Assembly (NCBI RefSeq): GCF_963921235.1
Contig: NC_086097.1
Coordinates: 148,244,001-148,308,000, forward strand
Direction: 5' to 3'
DNA from: Mobula hypostoma
Lineage: Eukaryota
Length of the DNA: 64,000 nucleotides
Part shown: positions 24,231 to 37,422 of the stretch, piece after piece
How positions within the stretch are numbered: position 1 is the first letter of the stretch
How the letters are laid out: each line of letters starts with the position of its first letter
The notes under the pieces: generated by a model
Told to the model about the DNA's origin: nothing
The model's database searches: none
What the model saw: the letters and a program-made list of their open reading frames with translations, nothing else
Translations under genes and position numbers: made by a program

Positions 24231-24914
24231 AAAAAAAGGAGCTTAATCATCTCTTAATGCTATATTATCTCATTCTGTCTGAAAAAACTCCTTTCTCTCA
24301 CTCACCACCCTCTCCCACCTAGCTTTATTGTAACATGAACTGTTTCTCTTTCCACAGATGCTGCCTGAGCTGTTGAGTTTTTTCAGCATTTTCTGTTTCC
24401 TTAGCAAATGAAGCAGCTGATGTAGCTTCCTTGTGGAAAGATTTTGTCAATGTACAAGGAATAGGCTGATAGCCATTAACATTCATATTAGAACAATGCT
24501 AAAAAATAACACTCTTCAATAAGGGAAAGCCTAACATCTTTAACCATCACAGAGACCTCCTTATAAACATCCTGGGAAAGTCACTGATCAAAAAATCAAG
24601 TGAACCAACCACATTACTACACTAAGCAAGAGCAAGTCAAAAGCAATGGAGACTCAGCTCCTGATAACTGAAGCCATTACACCATCTACAAAGCATAAGC
24701 TTACAGTCTATGCCATGTACAAAATGACTTCCCTGCCTCCTCTTCAAAGTCCCAAACTCCACCATCAGGACAGAAATGGTCAGCAAAAGAATGGGAAGAC
24801 TACCAGTCACAGGTTCCTCTCTGTGACCATCCTGACCTGATCATCACCAGTTCTATATCTGTACAAAGAATGTTCTTAGATTGCAACAGATCAAACAGCT
24901 GCTTCACTATTACT

Positions 24915-25508
24915 TTTTTAATTGCCGTATGGTATGTTGGCCTTCATTAGTTGGGGGATTGATTTCAAGAGCTGGGAGGTAATGTTGCAGGTCTATAAAA
25001 CTCTGGTTAGATTGCTCTTGGAGTATTGTGTTCAGTTTTGGTCGCCTCATTATAGGAAGGATGTGGAAGCTTAAGAGAAGGTGCAAATGCGATTTACCAG
25101 GATTAGAGAGCATGTCTTATGAGCTAGGGCTTTTCACTTTGGAGCAAAGGAGAATGAGAAGTGACTTGATAGACATATACATAAGATGATAAGGGGCCCA
25201 AACAGAGTGGACAACTAACCCCTATTTTCCCAGGGCAGCATTAGCTAATATAAAAAGACATATTTTTGAAGAGATTGGAGGAGAGTAAAAGGGGATGTTT
25301 AGGCCTTTTACACAGAGTGGTAAGTGTATGATATGCATTGTTAGGGGTGATATTAGGGGTAGATACATGAGGGACACTTAAGGAGTTCTTAGGTAGGCAC
25401 ATAGATGAAAGAGAAATGGAAAATTATGTGGGAGAGAAGTGTTAGATTTATCTTGGAGTTGGTTAAAAGGTCAGGGCAACATCATGGGCCAAAGTCTATG
25501 TTCTATGT
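24915..25508 (+). mobile_element. CR1 LINE 3' end
   Basis: LEYCVQFWSPHYRKDV-like block and a tctatgttctatg tail. Confidence 0.75.
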
Positions 25509-26967
25509 GAAGCAAATCTAAAACAAATCTCCTGCACAGGACTACTGTCTTGATCTCAAGAAATTAAAATATTGATGAAGCTTTTCATACCAATGGTCTG
25601 ACCTCATAATAGTACTTCTAATGATTTTTCAAAAAAAAATGCAATATTTTCATATTTGTCTCTGTTGTTTGCTGACAAAAAAACAAATGATAACTTCTCC
25701 TATACGAAATGCTTAAAATAGCTTTAATAGCATTAGCCACTGAGACAGGTGTCAGCATCACAGAAAGCATAATTAATCTTGCAATTTGCATTTATTTATT
25801 GCAATAAAAGATTTGTTGATTAAGCAGTGGAAAATGTATAAGTCAATGAAACAAACTTTTAGGAGCAACGTCCAATTTACTGCCACTATTATCTGGAGTA
25901 AGAGACCATGGAAAATTAATTTCTGCTCTAAGATTTTGAGATTATCTATAGGATGGCCACTCACAGTGTGATAGCTATTCTGTGGAGAACACTGAGCCAC
26001 ATGCTGTAGTTTGCTCAAGACCACATGATGAAATAAGGAGTAGGGAGAAATCCCTCTCAGGGTATAACGTGATATAGTCATCACTGTCCCCTGCTGGTTA
26101 ACTGCTGCCATTACTGGTGTGTGGTACCTTATCTATAAAGAGAGCAGGAAGTCTATATCACAAGGTGTTTGCTCAATGCGCCTGTACCTAGATGGTATTA
26201 TATGCAAATCGTAAGATATGAAGGAGAGGCTGGAGAAAACAATGACTGTATGTAATATCATGAAGGAACAGATAAATATTAGATCTGAGTCATGACTATT
26301 GATTGATCGGTGGTTGCGGGTGGTGGGTGATGCATTGCTCAGTTGGTTAGACAGCGGAAGGATGTAGCAGTTGAATCATAATGCATACAATGATCTCTAT
26401 CATGTGTTGAGCTTAATAAACTTGCTGTGGCCCTGCATTCAGATCTGCTTTTAGGCTGGATCACGCGAGCATCTTCTCTCACTTACCACCGTTCGCCTGT
26501 CCCCAGTAGATAGTTGGCATCCATCTCTGCATGAAACTGCTGGTTCTCATATTATATCATGTGTCTTTACTACCTCTCACAGTGACGTCCAATAGCAGCC
26601 GTTGTGCACCTCTATTGAAAAACTGTGGGCTGGGGCTCCAACCAGTGAAAATCTAACATGTACCTTCACCAGCTACGGATGAAGTTTGATTCCCTGCTGA
26701 TGTGCTCATACAAACTAGTTAGTGCCAGATAAATACTGAAATAATAAGAATCAAGCAGCATGAACTTTTAACTGTGTGAATACAGGATGCGTAGGTGAGC
26801 TACCATGTACTTTGAACCCTATTCAATTCTTCGGCTGCTCTGGTTTGGTATTGCTCTCAGTGCTATGTGGGGTTAGTAATACCAAACCAAGATAAAAGTC
26901 TACAAAAAAAACATTTTTATTTGAGAGCATTTTTATTTTTTTATTGTCTGCATCTTACTGCCACTCC

Positions 26968-27158
26968 TCTGTCTCTCTCTCTCTCCCTCCTTCTCTCTCT
27001 CTCCCTCACACACTCTCTCTCTCCCTCACTCTCTCTCTCTCCCTCACACACTCTCTCTCTCTCCCTCACTCTCTCTCTCTCCCTCACACACGCTCTCTCT
27101 CCCTCACTCTCTCTCCCCCCTCACTCTCTCTCTCTCCCTCACACCCTCTCTCTCTCCC

Positions 27159-27208
<50 letters not shown>

Positions 27209-27227
27209 ACTCACTCTTTCTCTCACA
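26968..27227. repeat. Compound (CT)n/(CTCA) microsatellite
   Basis: About 260 bp of ctctctctccctcacacact-type units. Confidence 0.95.
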
Positions 27228-27710
27228 TTCAGTCACAAAATGCTTGAAATCAGAGAGAAATCATTCATGGAAATTCTCATCATTTAAAGAGACAAATCAG
27301 TGCATTGTGACTGTCTATATCCTGAAGCAGTTACCCAATTACTCATCTCCTGTGCACTTTCCTTACAGCCCTACAATATCTATATACCTAGTTCCCTTTA
27401 CTTCCACAGATTATTCAGGGAGTTTGTTCATTTTGTTTGCATTTACATTTTCTTCAACTTATGGTCTGTAGCCAGCCTGAGACTCCTCTCAGTCTCTATA
27501 TATGTATTGCGTCAAGATTCTTCATTATTTTGAATATTTTCAAAGCATCGCCTTATTTTCTCTCTTTCAAGGATACCTAACTCAGTTTTTGGTCTCCCCA
27601 AATAACTGAAGCACTCCTCCCTAGTATCATTTATGTAAAATTCTCTGAGGTTTTGTGATATCCATTCTAATGTCTACTTCCCATAAATTGACACAATACT
27701 CCCATGCTGT

Positions 27711-30043
27711 AAAAGGATTGGCTAGGAAAGGGTTTGTATAAAGTGTCCAGGAATGTTTCTTTAATCAATACATATACAAGTCCAACTAGAGAGAGTGCAA
27801 TACTAGATCTCCTATTAGGAAATGAGACTGGGCAGCTGACAAAAGTTTGTGCAAGGGACCACTTTGCATCCAGTGATCATAGTGCCATGAGTTTCTAGGT
27901 AATTATGGAAAATGGTAGTCTGCTCCTCGGGTTGAGATTCTAAATTGGAGAAAGGTCAATTTTGATGGTATCAGAAAGGATCTAGCGAATGTGGATTGGG
28001 ACTGGTTGTTTTTCGCAAAGGTGTACTTAATAAGTTGGGAGTCCTTCAAAAGTGAAATTTTGAGAGTACAGAGCTTGTATGTTCTTGTGAGAATAAAAGG
28101 CAAGGATAACAGGGTTAGGGAACCTTCGTTTTTGGTGATATTGAGGCCCTGGTTAAAAAAAAGGAGGCACATAGTAAGTGTAGGCAGGTAGGAACAGATG
28201 AGGTATTTGAGGAGTATAAAACATGCAGGAGAACACAAGAAGGAAATTAGGAGGACTAAAAGAAGACATGAGGTTGCTCTTACAAACAATGTGAAGGAGA
28301 ATCTTAAGGGATTCTACAGATATATTAAGAGCAAAAGGGTAGCAAGGGACAAAATTGGCCCTGTATAAGATGAAAGGGACAAACTATGTGTGGAGTCTAA
28401 GTAACAGGGCAGATCTTAAGTGGATATTTTTTGCATCTACATTTACTTGTGAGATGGGCAGTGAGTCTGTAGATGTAAGGCTCTACAGCTGTGAGATCAT
28501 GGACCCTCTACAAATTACGGAGCAGGAGGTGTTTGCTATCTTGAGGCGAATTGGGATGGATAAATATCCTGGGCTTGACAATGTGCTCCCTCAGACCCTG
28601 TGGGGAGGCAAGTGTAGCAACTGCAGGGGTCCTTGCATCCTTAGCCACGGGTGTGGTGCTGGAGGATTGGAGGATAGCTAATGTTGTTTCATTGTTTAAA
28701 AAAGGCTCTGAGAATAAGCCATGAAAATTCTAGGCCAGTGAACCTGACATCAGTAGTGGGAAAGTTATTGGAAGGTATTCAAAGAGACTGAATATAGAAG
28801 TATTTGGATAGACAAGGACTGATTAGAAATAGTCAGCATGGTTTTGTGCACAGTAAGTCACAATCTTATAGAGTTTTTCAAGGAAATTACCAGGAAAGTT
28901 AATGAACTGATTACCAGGCAGTGGATGTTATCTACATGGACTTTAGCAAGGCCTTTGACAAGGTCCCACATGGGAGGTTGGTCAAAAAGTTTCAGTTACG
29001 TGGCATTCAAGCTGAGGTAGTAAATTGGATTAGGTAGTGGCTTCATGGAAGAAACCAAAGATAGGTTGTAGATGCCTGCCTTTCTGACCGAAGGCCTGTG
29101 GCTAGTAGAGTGCCGTAGGAATTGGTACTGGGTCTATTGTTGTTTGTCATCTATTCAATGATCTGGATGATAATGTGCTAAACTGGATCAGCAAAGTTGT
29201 GGATGACACAAAGACTGGGGGTGCAGTGGACAATGGGGAAGATGATTAAGGCTTGCAGCAGATCTGGACGAGCTAGAAAAATAGGTAGAAAAATGACATA
29301 TGGAATTTAAAGGAGACAATTGTGAGGTGTTGCACTTTGGGAGGTCTTAGATGGTGAGAGGTAGGGCCGTGAAGAGTGTGGTCGAACAGAACATCTGAGA
29401 ATAATTCCTTGAAAATGGCATCACAGGTAGTTAGGGTTGTAAAGAAAATTTTTTCCACAGTACAGGAGTTGGAATGTTATGTTGAAATTGTTTAAGACAT
29501 TGGTGATGCCTAATTTGGAGTATTGTGTCCAGTTTTGGTCATCCCCCTTCAGGAATGAGGGAAATAAGAGTGAAAGAGGGTAGAGAAAATTTTTAAGACA
29601 TTGACAGAACTTGAGGATCTGAGTTATAGGGAAGGGTTGAATAGGTTAGGACATTATTCGCCAGAACATAGAAGATAGAGGAGAGACTTAATACAGATAA
29701 ACAAAATTATGAGGGGTATAGATCAGGTAAATGCCAGCGTGCTTTTTTTCACTGAGGTTAGGTGAGACTAGAACTAGAGGTCATGGCTTACGGGCGAAAA
29801 GTGTAAAGTTTAAGGTGAACATGAGGGGAAATTTCTTCACTCAGAGGGTGGGAAGAGTGTGGAACGAGCTGCGGTGGAAGCAGTGGATGTGGATTAATTT
29901 CAACATTTAAGAGAAGTATGGATAGGTACATGGATGGGAAGGGTAGAGAAGGCTATGGCCTGGGTGCAGGTCGATGAGACTAGGCTGATTAATAGTTTGG
30001 CATGGACTACATGGGCTGAATGTGCTGCAGTGTTCTATGACTC
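27711..30043 (+). mobile_element. CR1 LINE ORF2, 5'-truncated and decayed
   Basis: Decayed motifs DWRIANVV.LFKKG, RPVNLTSVVGKLLE, YMDFSKAFDKVPH and LEYCVQFWSP, and a CR1 3' tail. Confidence 0.85.
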
Positions 30044-30079
30044 TGGGTGTGTCTGTAAAATTAGCAATATCTTGCACCT

Positions 30080-30359
30080 CACATCAAAGTTGCTGGTGAA
30101 CGCAGCAGGCCAGGCAGCTTCTCTAGGAAGAGGTACAGTCGACATTTCAGGCCGAGACCCTTCGTCAGGACTAACTGAAGGAAGAGTTAGAAATCTCTTA
30201 CTAACTCTTCCTTCAGTTAGTCCTGACAAAGGGTCTCGGCCTGAAACGTCGACTGTACCTCTTCCTAGAGATGCTGCCTGGCCTGCTGCATTCACCAGCA
30301 ACTTTGATGTGTGTTGCTTGAATTTCCAATATTTGCAGAATTCTTGTTGTTTGTGTTTT
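30080..30359. mobile_element. Fold-back (palindromic) Penelope pseudo-LTR mini-element
   Basis: 111-bp inverted arms at 30080-30190 and 30201-30311 with a 10-nt spacer. 14-bp TSD with 1 mismatch, aatatcttgcacct (30066-30079) / aatattttgcacct (30360-30373). Same family as 6744-8045. Confidence 0.85.
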
Positions 30360-31019
30360 AATATTTTGCACCTTATTGTTTACCTGGACTGAACTTTATA
30401 TGTAGCTGCTGGACTTTATTTTGCACTCTGTAGTGTTTTGTCTTGTACTATCTCAGAGCACGGTGTAATGGTTTGATCTACTGTATATGAACAGCATGCA
30501 AGACTAACTTTTCACTGTACTTTAGTACATGTGGTAGTAATAACCAATTCAATTCCAGATACAATTACAATATCTAAAGTTTTAAATGTATCAGTAACCA
30601 TCTTCATTCTTATCTACACTCCAAACCTGAGTGAGAAAAGAAGTCACAAAGGTATATGTGTCAGGTGATTATTATAAATACAACCTATTTGCTTAAATGA
30701 CTGGAGTTAATATTTCTACAGGAAATATGTATAGGAAGGCTGTTGACTTCCATTTTAAAAAGCATAATATGTTATCCCAGTGGCAGGAATAGTAGATTAT
30801 TGATTGAAATGTCAGTTCACAACAGTGCAAGCTGGAGTCTGCCTGCAAAACTCCAAGGAAGCTTTTATTTTCTCTGAGGAAGCATCAATTTTTAATACTT
30901 GCTACTGATTGTTAGTTTTGTTCACCGCCAATCTGTCCTGGCCCTCTTGCATAACATGATGTTCTTTGCTCCGGCACTGGAGACCCAGGATAGAATCTGA
31001 CTACAGTACCTGGTTTTTA

Positions 31020-31300
31020 AAGCTGCTACCTCACAGCCCGGGGATCCATGTTTGATGCTGACCCTGGCTGTTGTCTGTGCAAAGTTTGCAAGTCCTCTAT
31101 GTGTCTGCCTGAGTTTCTGCTGAATACTCTGCTTTCCTTCCGCATCTCAATGATAGGCTGGTAGGTCAACTTGGCCATTGTGATCCCTTTAGTGTATCAG
31201 AAGGGAGTTATGGGAGTGAGGGGGAAATACATTACAGGGGTACAGGGAGAGAAATAAGAGATAAATAGAGTCTAGTTGGATTTTTTTCCCTGAATACTCA
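31020..31300 (+). mobile_element. tRNA-derived SINE with V-domain (HE1/V-SINE-like), decayed
   Basis: gctgctacctcacagc...gtttgat head, then gtctgtgcaaagtttgcaagtcctctatgtgtctgcctgagtttc...gctttccttccgca, resembling the V-SINE core. Confidence 0.65.
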
Positions 31301-32811
31301 CATGGGATGATTTTTATGTCTCATGTCTCATTTTCAGTGTAAGAAACTAAGGTAAGATTTCTTTCCTGCTTCTCTCCACTTGGCGCTGACTGACTGACAC
31401 ATTTCTATTGAAGCTGGTAAATCTTTGTTGTCCCATGCAAATGATTCTATATCAAAATTTTTAAAAAGTGAAATGCTGGAAATATACAGCACGGTAGCTA
31501 GCTCTAGTGAAAAGAGACAGAGATAATGTTTTAAGTAATGACTTACAATGGTGTCAAATTTCCAGATGTCAGAGATTACATGACTTTGTGAGGATTCTGA
31601 TGTGAATGACCAGAAGGGTAAACTCTTGAACTGGGGTAACTATCCTGAAATTGGCTGATTGTTTCTCTCAGGTATATATGAGAATTGAAGTTAAATTCAG
31701 CAGCCGTTTTAATATCTAACCTGAGATCAGTCAGCTCAACAGAGACCCAATATCAGCCCTGGGTTCACTTTGCTTAAACTTAGCCATTTACTTATATGTG
31801 GGGCTTTTCTTTATCAAACATTAGAATTTTGTATATTAGAATATGCAAACCTTACATTAGATTTAGAATTTGGTATACTTATTCAGCTATTTCTGCAAGA
31901 CTTTTATGTATAAATTTGTCTCTTTACCTGAAATCAAGAGAATGGAAGATGTTTTTTTTCTCTCTCCCCTTCCAGCTAAGTGGAGTAAGATTTGTGAAAC
32001 AAAATGCAGAGGCTCAGAAAACTAGGTTGTAAGCTGTCAATTTGATGTGCTCGTTCGAGGGCCCAGGGTTGGTCTGACAGACATCAACCTTCCTTTAGTT
32101 ATCTAAGGAAGCTCATCTATATTTAAGATTATATTTTTCTCCCTACACGAAAGTTCCAAAATAAATTCCAAATTTTTTTATTAAATCATGAAAATTAACA
32201 TATTCCTTTCAAGTTATCACTTTCATCTATTTCTAGACTGGATGTTGCTTCAATTAATTTTTAAAAATTATTTGGATCCCCTCCCCCCATTTTATCCTAA
32301 TAGAAAGAAGCATTAAAGCAATGAAAAGCTGATACTCGAAAAATGTGCCACCCTGATTGTTCCATTCTTTCAGCTTAAGACTTGAAATTGTCGTTTTTGA
32401 ATCACTTAATTTCTGACTCCCCTACTCCTTACAGTGGCTCATCCCCCTCTACTCCCTGGAGAAATGGTCCACTACTTTAAAGCTCTGAGATGCTTGGATA
32501 ATGCAGCTGTAAGCAAGTTATTAAACTGGAATTGGAGGGAACAACTATCGAATGATTAATGGGTCTGCATTTTATATCATAAGGTTTTTTTTATCCTCCA
32601 TCAACTTATTCCCTTTTTTTGTATTCCATTATCCCTTCCTTTAAAAAAAACACTTCTACCCATTATTTTTGATGGATTTGAACTTTAATTGCTGTTTGTG
32701 GCTTTCCAGAATCCTATGTTGTTTCTCCATGTTGCACAGTTCAATTCTAATTGTTATGTACAACAGGAGTGATACTTCTTAATACTTCTTTAATTAGGAT
32801 CATGAAGTGAG

Positions 32812-32812
<1 letters not shown>

Positions 32813-32853
<41 letters not shown>
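32813..32853. repeat. (CA)n microsatellite
   Basis: About 20 CA units. Confidence 0.95.
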
Positions 32854-32856
<3 letters not shown>

Positions 32857-33699
32857 CACAGGGAGTTAAGTACAGCAGTGAATGCACATTGTGTTTTATG
32901 GGGTGCTGTCTTTTTGACTCCAATTTTGGCTTCTGTTTTCCTCCCAATGGATGTAAAAGATTCCCAAGCCACTACTTAAAGAGCAACAAAGTTCTTTCCA
33001 ATGCCCGAGGCAAAATTCATCCCTATAGCAAAGCCTATAAAAATTATCATTATTTTCATATTGCAGTTTATTTCTTCTTGCTGTTGGCAAATTGGCAGTT
33101 GAGACTATTATAACAGTGATTTCAAAGAATATATTGGCTGCAAAATAATATCCTGCAACTAGTTAAGTTGCCATATAAATGTAGGTAATTTTCTCTTACA
33201 TAATATGCACATTGTCTCCCTGTTCTGACCTCAAAATTACTATAAACATTTTTTTTCACAAATCAAATCTGATAAAAAGAAACTATGTAAAATACACCAC
33301 CTTGGATTCTTTTCTGCAATAGTTGTATAAATTGTTATTAACCTACTTCCTTTAATGTTTGTCCGAGAACAGCACTAAGTATGTCTTCCCTTAGATGTTG
33401 ATTCCCTGCCGATAGATGTGATGTAGATTTTTAGTCAACAGCCGCATAAATACCTTGTTGAGGACAAGATTTACTCTAGGAATAAATGGGGAGATAGATA
33501 ACTTTATGCTTTTTGCATCATGATGTTTCATCAGCTTATTCTTCTGAATCGAGAGGTGACTATTTCCATTGGTGCATAGATTGTTTCTCAACCATGATAA
33601 TGGAGGTCATTCTGGCTATGCTGGCTTTTTATTATTTTTGTCACCTTGATGATGATTGAGCTTCAAAACTTGGTTTATATCTGTTCCGGAACAGGCTAG

Positions 33700-34196
33700 T
33701 CTGTCCATGATCTCCTCTAATGCCACATTGAGGCCACACTCAGGTTGGAGGATTAACACCTTATGTTCCGTCTGGGTAGCCTCCAACATGATAACATGAA
33801 CATTAATTTCTTGAACCCCACTTCACCATTCCCCATTCTCATTCCTCTCTCTCACCTTATCTTTGTACCTGCCCATCACCTACTCCCTCTGGTACTCCTC
33901 CCCCTTTCCTTTCCTCCATGGCCTTCTCTCCTCTCCTATCAGATTCACCCTTCTCCTGCTCTTTATCTCTTTCACCAAATAGCTTCCCAGTTCTTTACTT
34001 CATCCCCACCCCACTCCCGGTTTCAGCGATCACCCACAACCTTGTGCTTCTTTCTCCCCTATTCCCACATTCTTACTCTGACTTCTCATTTCTTATTTCC
34101 AGTCCTGATGAAGGGTCTTAGCCCGAAACATTGACTGTTTACTCTTTTCCATAAATGCTGCCTAGCATGCTGAGATCCTCTAGCATTTTGTGTGTA
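33700..34196 (+). mobile_element. Penelope-like element 3' end (GIY-YIG C-terminus and pseudo-LTR)
   Basis: EATLRLED.HLMFRLGSLQHDNMNINF, a pyrimidine-rich tract, and a hammerhead motif at 34100-34137. Confidence 0.75.
34100..34137 (+). ncRNA. Minimal hammerhead ribozyme motif
   Basis: cagtc-CTGATGA-agggtcttagccc-GAAA-catt-gactg, with a perfect stem I. Confidence 0.6.
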
Positions 34197-36642
34197 CTAC
34201 ACCTCTAATTGTGCAGTGTTCTTTGAACACCCTGTTGTAAAATCAGTTGGGATCATGTTCTCAGATAGTTGAATGTAGTTTGAAGCTGTAACTTTCTGAC
34301 ACAAGTGATAGTGCTAAAATTGAACAAGGCAGCCACACTGCAGCAAATGTATTCCTTGGTTACGAACCACTGTGAAACTTCTGAGGACTTTGTCAATTCT
34401 TCTTGTACTTGTTTTCTTGCAATTTCTCTTGATATCTTTCTCATTCTCCAATCGTTCTCTTTGTTCAGTTCGTGACTGCAATTTTTTCACATATCTTTAG
34501 AAACAGACTTATTGCCACTGACGTATATTGTCTGATGAGCAGTTTTCATGAAGGGTCTCAGCCCAAGGTGTCGACTGTTGATTACCATCAATTGCTGTTG
34601 TCTGACCGGCTGAGTTCCTCCAGCATTTTGTATGTGTTACTCAGGGTTTCCAGCAACTTTGGAACTTCTTGTGCCTCTGATGAGAAATCCGTTGCTTCGC
34701 AGCAGTAGTACAACACAGAAACATAAATTACAAGCATAAACAAATAGTGCCGGAAAAGGAATAATGAGCTAGTGTTCATGGATTCGCGATCCATTCAGAA
34801 ATCTGATGGTGCAGGAAAAGAAGCTTTTCCCAAATAATTGAGTGTATCAGTCATTTCTTCTCTGGAGACTCAGGATAACAACTTCTTCTCCATCATTCTG
34901 TCCTTCTTCCTTCTATCTGTAGGTTTTTAAAATCCAACTTTAGTGTCACCTATTTATTATCTTTAAATCATACCCTGATTAATGATAACACTTGAAGTCC
35001 TTTGAATCCAATCTTTACAGTCATCTTGAGGACTTCTGCAAATTAAAAATTGTATGCCTTACAATTGACCAAAATCATCTCAATTTTAGGCTCTCCTGAG
35101 CAGTTCATTCTGACCACCCTCTCCCAGATAAAACAAAACCCTAACTTGTCTCTGGTGTTCACATACTGTATCAGTTGCGATGATGTCAGTGACACATTAA
35201 ACTCTGCAATCACACATAACTCAATGAGGATATACTGATCCAGGGTATGATCCTCTTATTTACAAGCCTTATTAGACAGAAACTTCAATAATAATATGCC
35301 CCTCCCCAAAATAATTTGCTTTAACTTACAGGCACACAACATGACTTAGAAACTGACAATTGTGGTTCAAGTCTCTGGTAGTGAGTAAAATAAAAATCTC
35401 ATGGTATCCAAATTGCATTTAGAAATGTTTAACTATTTATTCACTGAAAATATTTGGTGGAGGAGATGTGGGGAAACAATTAACATATTGAGTTTTTTTA
35501 AGTACAAATATAAGGACATTTTTTATTGAAAAATAAATGTTATTTTATCTCCTATTTACTGGGCAGAAATCCGAGAAGTGACTTTAGAAACATGCTTGTG
35601 ATCCACTTTAACCATATAGATAGGATTTCAGTTTAAATCTAAAATTCACGATAGGAGACAGATTAGCGTTCTTTCAACATTGTGCTAAACTGTCAGTCTA
35701 GGTTATGCAGAGTAAACCTCAGAATGTGAATTTTTAACTCTTTCACCAGACAATCAATTCACGTTTTGTTGGAGTTTATTGGCTGTCTACCTGGGCCATA
35801 ATTTATTAACCATATTTTCTAAAACAGTTGTGCACAAGATTTGGAGGGATTCAAGCAAATGCTTTGTAACAGCGTCTTTACCTTCCCAGTTCCCAGGAGG
35901 TTCCTGCACTCCATTTTTCATCATCAGGGTCAATTATGTAAATGAGTGGCTTGTCAGCAACTTCACTGATGATATCATCAGTCTCTACCAGACCTAAACT
36001 TGTAAAATAAATCCACTCAATCAGAGGTTCTAACCAGAGAAAGGAGATAAATTCATTTCTTTCATTCTTCAGCTTGATAAAAAAGACCATTCAATCACAA
36101 TGTGTCCTCTCTCCACGAATAATTTCTGTATTTCAACAGAATCTCACAGGAATTCAAAGCAGTTTCAGAGCTTGTGTAGATTTAGGTGTGTAATGCTCAA
36201 TTTATTGAAATTTCCTGACAACAACACCGTACCTGGTACAGGAAAAGAGGAGTCAATGAAAAAGCTGTTAATCATGCCAGAATTAAAGAGCTGTACCAAA
36301 CAAGTAAACTTTGTTTAACTTCGATGTCACAACACATGAACATGAGACCACGTGGGGCTAGGTAACTAAGTCAGAATGGCTCACTCATTTTCTCACTTCT
36401 GAGTGTGTTATATCAAACAATGGCACAGAGTTTCCTGGAATGACCCTGCAGAGAAATAACACTTACTAATATTCTGATTGTATCACAGGAGTTTATGTTC
36501 AAATTTCTTCTGAACTACATTAGTTTACACTAACTTAAAAGATAGTACTGTAAACAGTAGCAAACAAGTGGAAGCTAGTATTAGCAATCAGCGCCTGAGG
36601 AAATATTGTAACATTCTCCTTTTGTTTTTAACCTCTTTATTG

Positions 36643-36990
36643 AACATAGAACATGGAACAGTACTACACAGTACAAGTCCTTTGGCCCACAATGTTGTTT
36701 TGACCTTTTAACCTACTCTAAGATCAATCTAACTCTTCTCTCCCACACAGCCACCTCCATTTTCTTCCATCCATGTGCCTATCAAAGAATCTCTTAAATG
36801 TTCCTCATGTAGCAACATTCTACTACCACCCCTAACAGAGCATTCCATGCACCCACCACTCTGTGTTAAAACCTACCATTGACATCTCCCCATACATTCC
36901 TCCATTCACTTTGAAATTATGTCCCCTCATATTAGCCACTTCCACCCTGAGAAAAAATCTCTGGCTGTCCACTTGATCTATGTCTCTTAT
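36643..36990 (-). mobile_element. CR1 3' end
   Basis: (aacatag)n tail in reverse and RGHNFKVNGG in ORF 36832..37104. Confidence 0.7.
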
Positions 36991-37422
36991 TTTAGGAGAA
37001 TGGGCAAAGAAGTGGTAGATGAAATATGGTGTAGAGAAGTGTGTGTTCATGCACTTTGGTAGAAGGAATAAAGGCAGAGAGTATTTACTAAATAGTGAGA
37101 ACATTCAGAAAACAGAGGTGCAAAGAGAATTGGAAGCCATCATATAGGCTTCCCTAAAGGATGATTTGCAGGTTAAGTCAGTGGCAAGGAAGGCAAATGC
37201 AATGTTAACATTCATTTTGAATATAAAAGCAAGGATGTAATGCTGAGGCTTTATAAGGCTTTAGTGAATTCACACCTGGGGTAATGTCAACAGTTGTGGG
37301 TCCCTTATCTAAGTAAAGATGTATTTCCATTGGTGTGAGTTCAAAGTACGTTCATGAGAATGATTTAGAAAATGGAAGGATTAATTCATGAGGAAGGTTT
37401 GATTGCTCTAGGCCTGCACTCC

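Noticed and set aside
26867..27471. Leu/Ser/His-rich ORFs of 126 and 175 aa
   Set aside because: Translations of the CT microsatellite.
29934..30392. Near-identical peptides on both strands (LVNAAGQAASLGRGTVD)
   Set aside because: Consequence of the DNA palindrome in a non-coding Penelope terminus.
5461..34137. Recurring ~38-nt motif as CRISPR repeats or a prokaryotic system
   Set aside because: Copies are dispersed in both orientations within retroelement termini, with no spacer array, cas genes or operon-like gene density.
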